A DNA stretch of 64,000 bases from the human T2T-CHM13v2.0 reference genome, Homo sapiens, in the NCBI RefSeq assembly GCF_009914755.1, contig NC_060935.1, one strand, 5' to 3'. Below are positions 14,075 to 29,517 of this stretch, one piece after another (within the stretch, counting starts at the first letter, position 1; each line of letters opens with the position of its first letter). The notes below the pieces were generated by a model that worked only from the letters and a program-made list of their open reading frames with translations, was not told where the DNA came from and did no database searches. The translations under genes and the position numbers were made by a program.

Positions 14075-14310
14075 AGTGATAAAGAGTATGGATTCCAGAG
14101 ATAGACTGTCTGGGGTCAAATCCTGGCACTGAAACTTACTAGTGTGTGACTTTGGGCAAGTTACTTAAACTCTCTGGCCTCAGTTCCCCATATCTCTTAA
14201 AGGGGGATCATAAGAGTAAGTGTCAAACAAGTATTTGTTATATAGATAAAAAGTGCAGCATTATGTCCCCAAATCTAGCATAGTATCTGACACATGGTAT
14301 CATAGTGCTT
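14075..14310 (+). mobile_element. MIR SINE
   Basis: gtcaaatcctggcactgaaacttactagtgtgtgactttgggcaagttacttaaactctctggcctcagtt. Confidence 0.8.
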
Positions 14311-14984
14311 AATTCTGGGTTAGTTTCCCTTCCTGATCCTGAACTTAGAACATGGCTCACCAACATGAAGAGCCATTCATCCTTTCTCTGCTCACCTGCT
14401 AGATTCACTCTGAGATACGGAAGGAATGCCTCCCCTCACCCCAGCATTGACCTGCATCCTAACTTGTGGCTCCTGTCCCAGCTCCCAGATACAACTGCCT
14501 AGCAAAGCACCTGTCTTCTCCAGCAGTTGGCAGGCTCCATCACACATTCTCATGCTGCCCCTGTCAGACATTGCTTAAACACATAATTACAGCCCGAGCT
14601 GAGGGTTATTTGCATTCTGCTATTGATGTTAGCATGACAGATTCAGCTGTTGCATCCATAACTCTGCAGAAATGCTCCATTATTCAATCCCAGTGAGCAG
14701 GGACATTGACCATTAAATCAGCTAGCACAATTGAAGGGCCGTGAAAAGTCATGGCTAATTTGAAATTTTATTAGCTCTTTCCTGGTCTTGTTTACCACCA
14801 AAGCAGTCCCTGGAAGCCTGTGTTTTACCCTTTTATAAACATTCAGCTCTGTGGCACCTGGAAAGAGCTGCTTCCTGTGAGAAGGGATGTCTGCTCTCTA
14901 GTCCTGGGGGAAGGTTAGCCAGGAATGATAGCTGTTCTTATTAATATCTATATTACAGTGGTGGCGATGATGATGATGAATTGC

Positions 14985-15180
14985 CACATTTATTGAGTGC
15001 CAGGCATTCTGCTAAATATATTACAAGGAATGCATCATTGAATCCTCTATGAAGTAGCCACTGTTGTCACTCTCATTTTAGAGAAAAGGAACCAGAGGCT
15101 CAAAGTGGTAAAGCAACTTGGTAAAGGTCATGTAGTCAGTGAAGAAGCTGACTCAGAATCTGAACTCAGTTCTTTCTGAG
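14985..15180 (-). mobile_element. MIR SINE
   Basis: catttattgagtgccaggcattctgctaaat...aggaaccagaggctcaaagtggtaaagcaacttg. Confidence 0.75.
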
Positions 15181-16019
15181 GCATATAATGTTCTTTAAGC
15201 TCTGGAGAGACTTTTAGGAACTATTTCTTAAGCAGAGAACATGAATTTCTGAATCTTAGTGAAACACTACTCTTCTGTGCCTCTTCCAGCCTCTTGGACA
15301 ACTTCCATCACAGTACGTCTCTTTCCAACATTGTAATTTTGATTTTCTCTCCGTCCCCTGACCCCCATACTCTGCAACCCAAACGATGACCTCCTAGAGA
15401 TCAGGGGTTGTCTGATTCATTTCATTATCCCAGGGCCCAGACCTGGGCAGGAACAGTGACTGTACTCCACAGAGGTTTGAGGGATGAATAAATGACTGAC
15501 CCAGGTCAGGCCTGTCCCACTAATCCAGCATCCACGTCACAGGACAACAGAGGTCGACGGAGCCTTTTATTCTGTGATCGGTGGCCATATGGTGCTTAAG
15601 AGAGCCCTCTCTCCAGGCAAACTACCTGGATTTGGACCCCAGTTCCCAATTCTCATGCAAACTGTGTGACTTGGTCCAAGTTGCTTAACTTCTCTAAACC
15701 TCAGTTTCTTCATATGCACAATAGGGGAGAAAAAGAAGGATGGTTAATTCCTTAGACTCACCAATCTGTCTCTACAGCCAAGCGTGAAGCACAAAACTTC
15801 CCTTGGATGTCTTGTGACAATGAGACAAACATTTTCTAGAGAGGAACTTTTAGACTGAGACTCTGACTGCAAGCATGGGACCCAGCATGTATGCCTGCTC
15901 CACATAGGAACTGATAGGCCACACCATGGCCGTTTAATTAGTATTTGTGTCTCTCATTAGTTCTGCAAAGTTTGGTTTTGAGCTCTTTGAATATCCTCCT
16001 CTCCCTTTCTCTCTAGTCT

Positions 16020-17400
<1,381 letters not shown>

Positions 17401-20400
17401 AGCAAGAGCTCTGAGCCTCAGTTCTCTGATCTGTAAAATGAATCATCAAACTTACTTCATAGAGTTGCTGTGAGGATGAGGCGAGATCATGGATGTGAGG
17501 CACTTAGCACGATAACTAGCAACTAAGCAAGTACTTGGCAAATGGTAGTTACTTAAATTAGCTCCTGCCCAGGAGCCTCCCTTGAACCACATTCTGGTAA
17601 CAGGCCCTATACTGGCTCCTCCCTACACGCACATTACATGACAACCCTTTCTGGATAATGCAGTTTGGCCTTAGAGAACTGAAGTGGATAAACATGGTCA
17701 TAGCAATGCACTGTAAATTAGGGTAGTAGAGGCCTCTGGGGATTTGCAGATTGGGGTCCTCTGCAATGGAAATATCACAAACTGTGCTCTTATGAGAGGC
17801 TCTGGCACTGTGGAATGTCTTACTCCATGCTTCCCAGGTGGGAGTGATTAATGCCTATACCTTCCTGTGGTGATGCTTCCTAATCATTTATTTAACAAAT
17901 ATTTGCTGAGTAGTAACTGCGGACAAAACTTCCACCAATGGAGGCAATCCTGTATAAATGAGACACACAAATGAGTAGGGCTTACAGCATTCTTTTCAAA
18001 GGCTGCAGTTTACAAGACCAGCTTCTGAGTAAAACCCTCTTTTTATTTTCAAATGTAGCATATGGTGGCCTGAAACAGTGCATATGGCTGTTCTACAGTG
18101 AGGGGGAATGGCTCCCAATTTAATTTTCTTAGGCATAGATGACAAATTTTAGAAGATTCTCATTAAAAGGAAAAAAAAGCGTGCTGTAGGGACAGAAATG
18201 TAATTTTTGGGATAGACTAGAAACATATTAATACACAGTTTGGGGGATTCTCTGGTTTTTGGGTGGCTTGGAAACATTTATAGTTTCCAAATACTTCATA
18301 TCTCACTTAATTATATATCATACGTAAGTTGGTTGACTTATAAATTCTCTGTGTTTTGTATATTTGCTATCCCCATTCAGAGACCCTCATTATCACAGCA
18401 GAAAAAGAAATCAGGAAAGCAGAGGGTTTGCTTCTATGTCCTTCAAATTTTCTGTAAAACCCTCCTAAACCCCAGCTTTTGGGAAATAACTTTTTTCCCG
18501 GAAATTTCATTTTTCCTCATAGTTCTAAACACACACCCCCTTTTACATGGTGACAGTGAAAAGAGGCAGAAGAAAATGTCAAAAAGGCCAGGCAGGCCCT
18601 GGACGCTAGGGATGCAGCCATGCTGCACTCGAGTGGCCCCTGATGGGGAGTGGAGGGCAAAGAAAAGGGGGAAAAAAAGAAGGGGGGCCAGCATCTGGGG
18701 GCACTCAATGAAACAATCCAAAGTGGTTCACATATTCCTGACCCTTGAACTTGAAGCTCTGTGGTGCTCACATGCTGCTGGTGCATGGAGGGCTGGCTTC
18801 TGCTAACGTTTTCATCTATGTGCTCTGGCTGGAGGATGAAGGCCCTGCCATACTCTCACTGAGATCCCTCTTTGATGCCTGCCTTGCAGGTAGTTGTCAA
18901 ATGACCCGGAGAACGAGGGAAAGGGGTGTGTGGGAGAAAGAAATCCAAGCTAGATGCCTGAAGACCTAGCCTCTCCCCTGTATCTGCCCCTCTCTGGCCA
19001 TGAGACCTTGGGCACACCCTTCCTATGCCCGAGACGCAATTTGCTCCTGTGAAACCAGGATACTAGGCTCTGCCAACCTCTCAGGATTGCTGAAGGGCTC
19101 CAGAGTCTAAAAGAGTGAACGAGTAAGTCAACAAAAGAAATTTGAGTGTCTTTCCCATGCTGGTAGCTGTTCTCTGGAGCTCCCTCTGGAGACAGGGGCT
19201 GGGCTCAGACATAGGCCAAGTGAACAATTGCAGTCCTGACTAGAAGTGGCTTCCTGTTTGTTGTGTGACCTTAATGGTGGCCAGTGACTGGTGGGCCCTT
19301 GGGCCCCTCATTTCCCTTTCTTGTGTCTGCGTCCTTATCAGGGAGGCCAAGAGTACATGGGGCAGTCTCAAGGCTGTGGGCCTGTCTGATGGCCACCTCC
19401 TGGCCTTTACACACCAGAGACCCATTTTCCCTGGTGGCCAGCTTGCTGTGACTTTCACAGGAAGTAAAAGGTATGCAGGAGCGTGCTATTAAAGATGGGG
19501 GCAAGGCCAACCTTCTCACCTTTACAAATAAGGACACTGGGGCTCAGGTTATGTAATTTCCCTGACATCGTACCGCTAGTTAAAGAGCAGAACTGGGAAT
19601 TTGGTCCATTATCTTTCTGTACATCGAGCTGTTAGGCACAATTCCACAGTGGACAACTCTTTACAGCAATGCTCTGGATTTTCTGGCTTCCAAGCCCTGT
19701 CGCCTCTCCACGTGGGGCAGAAATTGACTTGTTTATTTCTGTATCTCAAATGCACAGCACAGTGCTTTGCACACAGTAAGCATCACAATGGTTGAATGAA
19801 TGAATAAATGCATGCATTTTTTTATGTAAGAATCTCAAATTAGACAGCTCCATCAGCTTGACAGGGCCCATCAAGGGCCATGGGGTGTGGTGGAAGCCAT
19901 TCCCTACAGGAGGAGCTCATCCCTCTCCTTAGAAAAGAGACACAGGGAACATGCCTGTTAACGTTCACTTAGTACCCATTATGTGGCTGGCAGGACCTGT
20001 GTTAGGCACTGGATGCTCAGGAATAAAAGAGTCACGCCTCTAAAGGATTTGGTGTAGTGGGGCAGACAGAGACAATTGAGTGCTGGAGAAGAAGGAAGTA
20101 GAAGGGGCTGTGGAAGCCCAAAGGTGGGACCCCAACTCAGGCTGGGGGCTGGATTATTTCCTGGAAGACAGAATGCTTAAACTGAATCTGGAAGGATGGG
20201 CAAGGATAAAAAGGAGAATGGGGGTGTGGGCGGGGGCAAGGTGGGGCAATCCGTGGCCTAGTAAACTCTTTGTACTGTAGTTGTTTGCATGGTTCCTTAA
20301 CCTCACAGCCCCATGGACAGTGTATAGCAAGCCCATCAGTCTTTTTGCAGGCTTAACTCTTCCTTGGCTTGACGACCCATTAGCCAACCATATCTCGCTC

Positions 20401-20929
20401 TTGTCTGCAGTCTGGCCACAGAACTGTTTTACAATAGTATCTGAGGAGGCCCTGGGGGTGGAAGGTGGAATGTGTCTCCCCTTCTGTACACACTGGGGAG
20501 AAGATTTTGTCATTTGCTATAATAAATTCTGTGCCTTCTTTCAAAAGGCTTGCAAAGTCTTTATCTTCCCGTTAGAACACAAGATTTTTAAAGGTCAATT
20601 TCTCTCTTGTCTCTTATCATGAGAAATGTGGTTTAGAGATAGTTTGAAGGGTGACCAAATTCTTTGGCTTTATGTGAACTCTCCCTTCCAGCAATAAGAG
20701 ATGAGGAGGAAAAGAGAAGACAGAGACCTTTGTTCTCAGTTTTCCTGAAATTTCTCCTTCTAGGTTGCATATATCAATTATCTATTGCAACCCATGATTG
20801 TTTTTTCATGGGAACAAGAGCACCAAAAGAGATTATCATACCTTGAAGCTGCTTAAAGATCCTTTATCAGAAGAGGACTGGTTGCTTAAAATCCAGTGGA
20901 GTTTTTATCCTGGAGGCTTTTTAAAAAGC

Positions 20930-21125
20930 ATAGGTTCCAATCTAATCCTAGCTCTCCCGCTGAGCCACTGTGTGACTTTGGGCAAATCATTTCAGTTCTC
21001 TGAGCCTTAGTTTCCCTGTATGTAAATGTGTGCCTTGCAACTTTGTTGTAAAGGCTGGAGATGATGTACGCAGAGCGTCTAGCACAGTGCCTGGCACTCA
21101 GGAATGTGCTCAAAAATGGCTGCTG
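20930..21125 (+). mobile_element. MIR SINE
   Basis: ctgtgtgactttgggcaaatcatttcagttctctgagccttagtttccc...tagcacagtgcctggcac. Confidence 0.8.
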
Positions 21126-21992
21126 TTTTCCTTTATGTACGTTTGGATTCTTTTCTAGCAAAGAGCGTGTAACAGTTTGGAATACAGACTTTAACACAGA
21201 AAATGAAAAAGATGAAAACATATTATATAGAGAAATATACCATAATCTTAAATGAAAAAATAGAATGTAAAATTTTATAGAGGACATAATTCCAATTTTT
21301 AAAAATATTTACAAATACATATTTTATAATAAATATCATGTTTCTGTGATTGCAGGTGGAGAGAAGCAGGAGAAACAACTGATATCTGTAGTTGATAAAC
21401 TAAGTCTTAGAGAAGTTAAGTACATCACTCAAGGTCACACAGTGAGCAAATCAGGGAGCCAGGAGTTGAATCCAGATAATCTGGGTACAGATCTTGTACT
21501 TTTAATCATTGTGCTATGTTGCCTCTCAGGGCCTTTCAATATATAACCTGTGATCCTTATAGCAGCCCTGCAAGGTGGGCATTATTATCCTCATTTTACA
21601 GTGACTTAGCATCTTTGGGACATGGTGTCACCATCTTTGAAATGGGCATGAATAAACATCCCTATAAGAGGATAAAATCAGAAGATGCATGTGTCTGTAC
21701 CTAATAAGGGGCTTCTCAAAGCACACAGTATGAATGGGGTACACCTTCTTTGTCAAGTGGGGCACATAGAGACTTCACTTTGAGTAGGTGAGTTAGGGCC
21801 CCTCTGCTTGTCTACCTTCTGGTCCCTCTCAGGAGCCAGTGCCCAAGGTGAGAGCATCAGGAGACTGGCAGTCATCGAGTCACGTGAGGGATCTTGTTTC
21901 CATTTTTAAATCTAGCCAACAACCATACATGAAAATAAAAACAAACTAATAAAGCTGCTCCCTGGCTCAGTCATACTGTTCGGCTCCCCCAA

Positions 21993-22256
21993 TTTTTTTT
22001 TTTTTTTTTGACAGAGTCCTCCTCTGTTGCCCTGGCTGGAGCGCAGAGGCACAATCTCAGCTCACTGAAACCTCCGCCTCCCAAATTAAAGTGATTCTCG
22101 TGCCTCAGCCTCCTAGGTAGCTGGGATTACAGGTGCACCCCACCAAGCCCAGCTAATTTTTTGCATTTTTAGTACAGATGGGGTTTCGCCATGTTGGCCA
22201 GACTGGTCTCAAACTCCTGGCCTCAAGTGATCCACCCGCCTCAGCCTCCCAAAGTG
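21993..22256 (-). mobile_element. Alu (AluS-like), missing about 30 nt at its 5' end
   Basis: T-tail and both arms present; ends at cctcccaaagtg. Confidence 0.93.
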
Positions 22257-25200
22257 TAGCTTTTTTCTTTTTGTCTCATAGTTTAAAAACACTGCTGTAG
22301 CATTCTTTATGAAACTTGAAATTCAAGTTTAATTTAAAATATGTTGTTTTAAACCCAGCAAATTGGGAAAGAAGAGTAACCCGGAGATCTTAGATAACTT
22401 GAAGGGCTACAGGGATCTACAATGGGCCATATGTCAGAGGTCTGGACACAGTGAGAAGCTCTAATGTCGCCAAGACCTCACATACTCTGGCAGTTTCTGC
22501 GACCGGCCAGCTGTGTGACTTCTGCGAAATAATCGCTAAGCTTCCTTTTCCTTATCATGAGGGAATAGTAAGTGGATAATAAGGCCACATTCCTCACAGT
22601 GTTGCTGGATGGATGCACAATTGCTTTGCAAACTGTAAAGTGACATACAAGTTATTACGCTCTCGTAAGCCTTGTGGTACTGCTGCAGCCTATTTAAATC
22701 TGAGTAAGTACTCACACTACACTTCTAGGTGGAGGATAAATCACTAGGAGAAGGCAGAAGTGCTCTAGGTTCACAAGGCCATGTGGAATGGCTGAAGAGT
22801 CTAGTCCAGGCCATGTAATGACTTTCTCTGTGATTATGATGTGTGTGATGTCACCTCTCCTCTCTGGGCTCCAGTTGTCCTGTCTGTAAACATGCAGGAG
22901 AGGGAGTTAAAGTCAATGTTCTCTGATGTCCCTTTCAATCCTGTTACTCAACATTAAACTCTGTTAATTTCTTCTCCAAGACTTGAGTCATATCATCTAA
23001 GAACAACCACTAGTGAGACTCTAACACAATTTCCCTCCAGCCTGAATGATTTATCTTGGATTATGCTGTATACCCTGTCATGGCTGAAATAAAGGCACTT
23101 ATTTAATTCTGCTTCCATTAGATTGAGTCATCTGGATGACAATTTCTTACAAATGACTGTGAGCTTCTTGAGGGAGAAAGACTGGGCCATGTTCACTGGT
23201 CTTTATGTCTCCTTGGAAAGGAGCATGGTGCCTTGTAGATAGCATGAGCCCTACAAAGGTGTGCTTGGCTGAACTGAAAGTAGCCCAATGCAAATATGGT
23301 TTACTCTTGTGCTCCTTTCTTCCTCTCTCCCTCCACTAAAACTGCCCCCGTTTGGCCAAGGCACAGAGTAATAGAGGCCAATGAGGATAACCCTTACTAC
23401 CCTGGCACTTGGGGACAGTCCACTCTCTATGGTTGTTTCATCTATGCCATCCTGCAAAGCAGGGGTCCTCAGCACCTTCCCCTTGGCTCCCGCAGTGGGT
23501 GGACAGCCCACTGAACTGAGAGGGCCCTGAGGTGAGACGTTTCCTCATTTAATAGTTGAGAACCCAAGGTCAAGGACCCTCAACAATTTGGCCTTCCCAG
23601 CTGGTTCTATTTCCAACCATGATGACCCACGGGATGTCTTCCCGGCTGTTCTGAAAGTCCCATGGGACAGAAACCACATCACAGTTCCCAGTAGGGCACC
23701 CAGGCATCTGATATCAGTTGAATGAGTGGATGCTCCTTTATCCTGGCAATTGTCCCACTGCATTGCAATTACTTGCTGTTTCTCTCTCTCTCTAGATTGT
23801 GACCTTCACAAGGGTAGGGACTGTGTCTTATTTATCGCTGAAGCCCCAGTACCCTGGACAGGGCCTGATAACAATGTAGACACTTGGTTAACATTGGTTG
23901 AGTGAGTGAATAAACTACGTGCAAGCTCATTTCAGCCCATAACATGCTCCAAAAATGCAAGTGGCATATTCTCCCACAACTGGGGATTTTCTGGTTGATC
24001 TTTTCCACTTCCTACTGGCTCATCTCTCAGAACAGCTGAAGGAGGCTCTATTCCCCTGGGGTCTGCATCAGCCCCATTTCCTATGACAAGAACCTCTCTC
24101 TCCCCCCGAGCTGTGGGCTTTGGGCTATGGTATGCCTATGCCCCATGTTACCACTGGTGCATTCTAGTGCTAGGAGGGCTGGCTCTGAAGTATGGCAAAC
24201 AAAGGATACACTTGAATTGCATTTCATGGGAGAGAATCAATGAGCCTTGTTCTATAACCTACGCTTGTATGTATACCGGTAGGGAGAGAGGTACGCCCTT
24301 TCCCCACATTTCCTAAAGACATGCAGTCATTTTGCTGCCCAGATGTTCAACAGCTGTTTAAAGGCTTTGGCCAAGACTTTTGACTTGTGAGAAGGGAATG
24401 GTGGCTCTTCTCTTCTTTTCTTCTATTACATGAGTGTTATTATTAGTCATTGGAATTGTGCCTACACAGGCAAACTGAAGGGGAATGCTGAGGAAATCAT
24501 GCAGATAATGTAGGCTGACATCTCTTTCCTACGAAGAGCAAATATAAATACACTTTGCCTTGTCTGAAGACATGGGTGCTTGGTGCCCTTCCCTGCTTTG
24601 TCCTGGCTTGGCCCATAATGATGTCTCTGAATAGAGAGCCCTTTCCTTTCCGGGAAACCGCTACCCATCCAAGTGTCACCTTCTGATGAATGCTTTCCTA
24701 CTCCCACAACAACTAATATATAACTCTACAACAGCACTTATCACAGTTTATTAGCACTTAACTTTGGGTCTTTCTCCCTCATTTGAGGTCCTGGCATATA
24801 GGGAGAGGACTTCCTTATCTCTATGCCTGGTATAGGGCCCAACTCTAAAATAAGAACTCTGGATATTTATGGAGCACAAAAATTAATGAACTCCACAAGT
24901 TTTAGATCGATTAAGGGATATTTCAATCCTCCAAGACCTCAGGAGAACATAGGCCTTCTGTTTCTGCCTAGCTACTGTGGCCAGCCCCATAAGCTCCCTG
25001 TTGACAATTGCTCCACTGGGCCCAGGCCTGGGTACATCAGGCCCAATTACCTCCTGGATTTAGGCAGCAGGTGGAAGGGCTGAAAGCCGGCTGGCTCAAA
25101 GAACAGTGCTCCGAAACAGCCCTTTCTAGGCTGCTGAAACCCACTCAAGGCAAATAAACCACAGAAATCACAACATCACACACTTGGCCTTTTAATTCTT

Positions 25201-26278
25201 ATGGTGCTTTGGGGTTTGAGAATCCCTCTAAATAGAAAATTCCCAAAGGTTAGGATGCTGAGTTTCTGACCTATTGATTTCCTACCCTGTGCAACATATT
25301 AGAAAGTCCTTTGGTATAAATATTAGGGAGCCACATAGACTTGTTGGGACTAAGCCAATTGTTAGGCCATCACTAGGAAGAAAGGGTTAACTGTTTTGAT
25401 GTTTTTTCATATCTTTATCTTTTTATTCTCCTAATAACCACCTGTGAGTGGGAGAATCAGGAAGGATTGATGTATCTTCCAAGTGGGAAAGTAGAACACA
25501 TTATGGTTGTATTTACCCAAGTGAATGCAACAGAAAAATGAAGGCTAATTCTACGACTAAGATAAGGACTGAAATGGTACTCATGGGCCAGCTGCCTCAT
25601 TTTATAAATAGGGAGAGTGAGGCTCAGAGCCACCAAACAGCATGTGTAAGGATGCACAGGGAGTCAAAGCCAGAACTAGAATTAGAACCCAGGTCTTCAC
25701 TCTCAGCTAATGAATGTTCTAAAAGATGAGCACCTCCTTCCTTGGGCTTTGACTGTCTAGCACTTTAAAAAAACCCAAAGCAAAGGCCATTTCTATTACA
25801 AAAGGTGTCTGCTGGTGTGCAGTGAGGGTAACCTCCAGAATCAGAGGAGAAGAGACCTTGACCAAAGGTAACTCAACCTCCTTCCCTGGGAGAAGCGTCC
25901 CTCTGCAGCTTCTGTGATAAAGAATTAGATGGTCTCTTCTTATCCATCTCCAGTGAGGGGGACCCATAACTTTGCCAGACATCTCATCCTACTGTTGAAT
26001 TGTTAGAAACCTCTTTCTTCCATATGCCTTCTCTTCTATAGTGGCTGCTGGATATCAATTACTTTCATTTACATTAGTTAATTTCAATTGATTCAAATGG
26101 AACACCTGTGATATGCACTCATCCCTAAGCCACATGTGCAGTTTTTTGCTTGCCCCGCAGGTCCCCCTGACTGGATGACTGGTGTGTTGGTGGCCTGTTA
26201 GCTCAGTAATATCCATTCTCCACTCTGGGCCTCCCACCCTCTGGAGCCGCCTGGAGCCCATGGGTGCCAGAGCCCTAC

Positions 26279-26425
26279 CTCCATCATTGTCTTTGCTGTC
26301 ACCGCAGGCAGTCTCCATGGAAGTGTCACAGCCAGCTCCTCTCCAGCCCAGCTGGCAGACGCAGTGCCAACCATTCAGGTCTAAGGTACATCTGCCGTTG
26401 CCATTGCACAACCCAGGGCAACCCT
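26279..26425 (-). CDS. TENM4: TENM4 coding exon, 147 nt, EGF repeat 8 and start of Cys-rich region
   Basis: Acceptor TTTGTCTTTCAG|AG, donor GAG|GTAGGG, phase 1-1. Reads (E)[48 protein letters not shown]. Confidence 0.97.
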
Positions 26426-28848
26426 CTGAAAGACAAAGTACAGGGTTGAGGTCTGATCACCCAGAGTCAACTGCCATCACACACACTAACACGCTACCTG
26501 CCAACTTGCAAAATGCCTTCATATCCATCAGCACACGAATGCCCACAGCAGCCCAGGGAGGTAGGTATCATTAGGAATTGCCACTTTACAGAGAAGGCAA
26601 CTGAGGCTCAGAGAGGTGAAAGGACTTGCCAGGGTCGCACAGTCAGAAGCGGCAGGGACAGGGCTGAAACCCACACCTTCTGGATCTAAAAGCCCCTCTT
26701 TCAAAAGTGACCGGGATTCTGGAGCCGGAGTCAGTGGATGTTGGCCTATCAGAATCTAACCAATGGAGCTTTTTGCCTGATCCTTGCTTCTTGTTCATTC
26801 TCATGTGTTCCTCTTATCTCTGGCGGCTGTATAGCACAAAGGAAACATCTTTCTGTTTATTCCTTGCTTCCTTCATCACTTCTGGGTATCATTCTAAAGG
26901 GTGTTACTTTTTCCAACTCTTGTAGTAGGTCAATTTTATTGGACCCTAGGCTTTTCATTTATTTTGTCTTATTTTCTCCTAAACAACTGTCTTTGCTTTG
27001 AGGAAGAGGGCTTGGGGCTTTTTCTTAACATCTTGTCTACAGCTACACTTAGAAAAGGGCCCTGCACCCAGAGGAGCTGTGATCGCCATTGTGAAACACT
27101 AACTAGGGCTGTCTGTGAGTGCAACGCAGGTACAGCCAGGCTGCTCTGCTCTCATTACGCTCATATGCACATCTGCCTGCCTGTCTGTCATTTATTAAGC
27201 ATCTTCTTTGGGCTAGCACTGGAGGTACAGAAATGAATAAGACCCGTTCTTATTCATGAGGTGCATGAAGCCTATCAAAGGAGACAAATTTATGTAGGCA
27301 AAAAATTTAACTGCTAAATGCCCTAAAGGAGACGTACAAAATATGGTGGGAACTTAACACAGGTGTGGCCATCTGAGAGGGCTGTAGATGATTTGATCAA
27401 GAAGGGTCAGGCAATATTTAGATGCTGTGTTCGTTCTGCTTGGACCATATTATAAAGTGGGGAAGTTTTTAAAAAATACTATTAAAGTAGATTTGCAGGT
27501 TTTTTGATTGCCACATCTTTAAACCTCTCCGAGTTTGTGGCTCAGAAATCTACGTTTGAGAATATGTTAAATTACGTGGTTCACTTCAGCTTCTATTGTG
27601 CCACTTGGTTTTCACTCAAGTCCTTATATTAACAATCCTGCCAACCCCCTTCTCCAAGGGGCTATCAAAAACCACCTGTCACTGGCAAGAGTTCCATCTC
27701 CTCTCTGCTGCTGCTCAGTCTTGGGAGAGGTATGGATGTGAAAGCACTGTGTCAGCTATAAAGCTTCATTTGTTTTATTATTATGAGCAGCAAAGTGCTC
27801 TAAATATGGCCACAAACTGGATCTTCTGCCATGAATTAATGGGAAATTGACTCATTATTCTTAAATGGGACAACAAATGTGAAAGTGGCTGTCCAGTACA
27901 AGACCTGGGCCAAGATAGCCACTCACTAAATGGCTGATCAATCAGAATCTAAAACTTGAGTGTTCCCAGGACTTTTGATAGTTGACTGTTATTCCAAAGT
28001 AAAAGAAAATAACATGTTTATTTCCACTTGAGATGTTCCACACAACAACCAAGCAATTTGGCCACTGTGTTTTCCATTCAAAGGAAGAAACATGTAACAA
28101 TTGTGTACTCCAGCCTCGGAGGGATTCCTCCAGAAGTTAGAAGTGTATGTAGACTATGGGTTTCTGTATAGCAGAAGCCTGCTGGGAAAGATGAGAGGCT
28201 ACCAGCATGGCCACCCCAAAAAGTGATTGAGAAAGAAGTTTTAAAAGCGAGCCCCAGGAGCAGAGCTGTGACACACAGGCGGCTATCCAGGCAATCTGAC
28301 TTGGTTGCCAACATCAGCCACCATTAGTGATCTAAGCAATCACAGCTTTCTTTTTTCCTCAATTAGTCTCATGTCAATTTTTGTCCGTCCAGCCGGGACT
28401 TGTTTTCAATTAAGCCTGGTTTGTATTTGGAATTAGTCCTGGAGGAAGTAGGGTCTGATCTTTAACAACGGTAGCTGACTGCTTTCTTTTGCTGTAAGAT
28501 AAAGCCTCTTGTAAGATGCAAACAGTATCTCTTACGTAAGAGCACAAGCTTGAGAGGCATATCAAAGTTTGCCTGTACCACTCAGTGGCTGTATGACTCA
28601 GGCATGTTATTGAATTTCTTTGAGCCTCAGTCTTTTTACTTATAAAATGGGGTTTTGGGGGCGGTTAAGTAAGGTATGCATGATGCACAAAGCCTGGCAT
28701 ACAGCTCAAAGACAATATCTGAATCTTCTACTCACCTTTACCTTCTCTCTATTTTGGGCAGAGGGCATATAATATCATATGTTGTACCCACAACCTCAGG
28801 TGGGGCTCACAGAAAGGCAAAATAGGAAACTGAGGCAGTTATCTAGAT

Positions 28849-29066
28849 CAGAGTCAGCAAACTTGTTCTGTAAAGACCCAGAGAATAAATAGTTTAGGCC
28901 TGTGAGCCATATGGTCTCTTGCAATTACTCAACTCTGCCGTTATAGCTTGAAAGCAGCCATACACACTTTTAAATGAATAAGCATGGCTGTGCTCCAACT
29001 AACTTGATTTACAAAAATAGGTGATGGGCCCGATTTGGTCTGTGGGCTGTAATTTGCCAACCTCTG
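28849..29066 (+). mobile_element. MER58A-like hAT-Charlie DNA transposon
   Basis: Terminal inverted repeats CAGAGTCAGCAAA / TTTGCCAACCTCTG; degenerate 8-bp TSD ATCTAGAT / GTTTAGAT. Confidence 0.85.
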
Positions 29067-29264
29067 GTTTAGATGCTTCAGGACAGTGAGACAATGACAG
29101 CTGCCACATACTGAGGGTCTACTAGGACTGGCCACTGTGCTAGGCACTTTATATAGATTTCTAAAATAAGTAACTTTTTGTTAAAAATGTTCAGATCTTG
29201 ATTTTCTAGGGCAGATCCAATTTTACACCATTTAATCCTAAATTTTTAGTAAAAGCCATGTGTT

Positions 29265-29517
29265 GTAATAGAGCGAGGACTTTGGAGGTGGACAAACCTC
29301 AGTTCAAATCCTAGCACCATCATTTTACTTACTACCTGTGTTACAACTGGCAAATTACTTCACTCTAAGCTTCAGTTTTCTCATCTGTAAAATGGAGATA
29401 ATACCTGATTCAAAGAGTATGTGAGAGTATTAAATGAGATAATATATATCAATTATTTATCACAGTGGGTAACATACATAGGGATTCAATAAATGAGAGC
29501 TGTTATTATTATTATTG
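29265..29517 (+). mobile_element. Near full-length MIR
   Basis: gactttggag...ttcaaatcctagc...ctcatctgtaaaatggagataata...caataaatgagagctgttattatt. Confidence 0.85.

Noticed and set aside
18240-18806. Longest ORF in the track (188 aa, plus strand)
   Set aside because: Non-ATG start, low-complexity composition, no recognisable domain or exon structure; consistent with chance.
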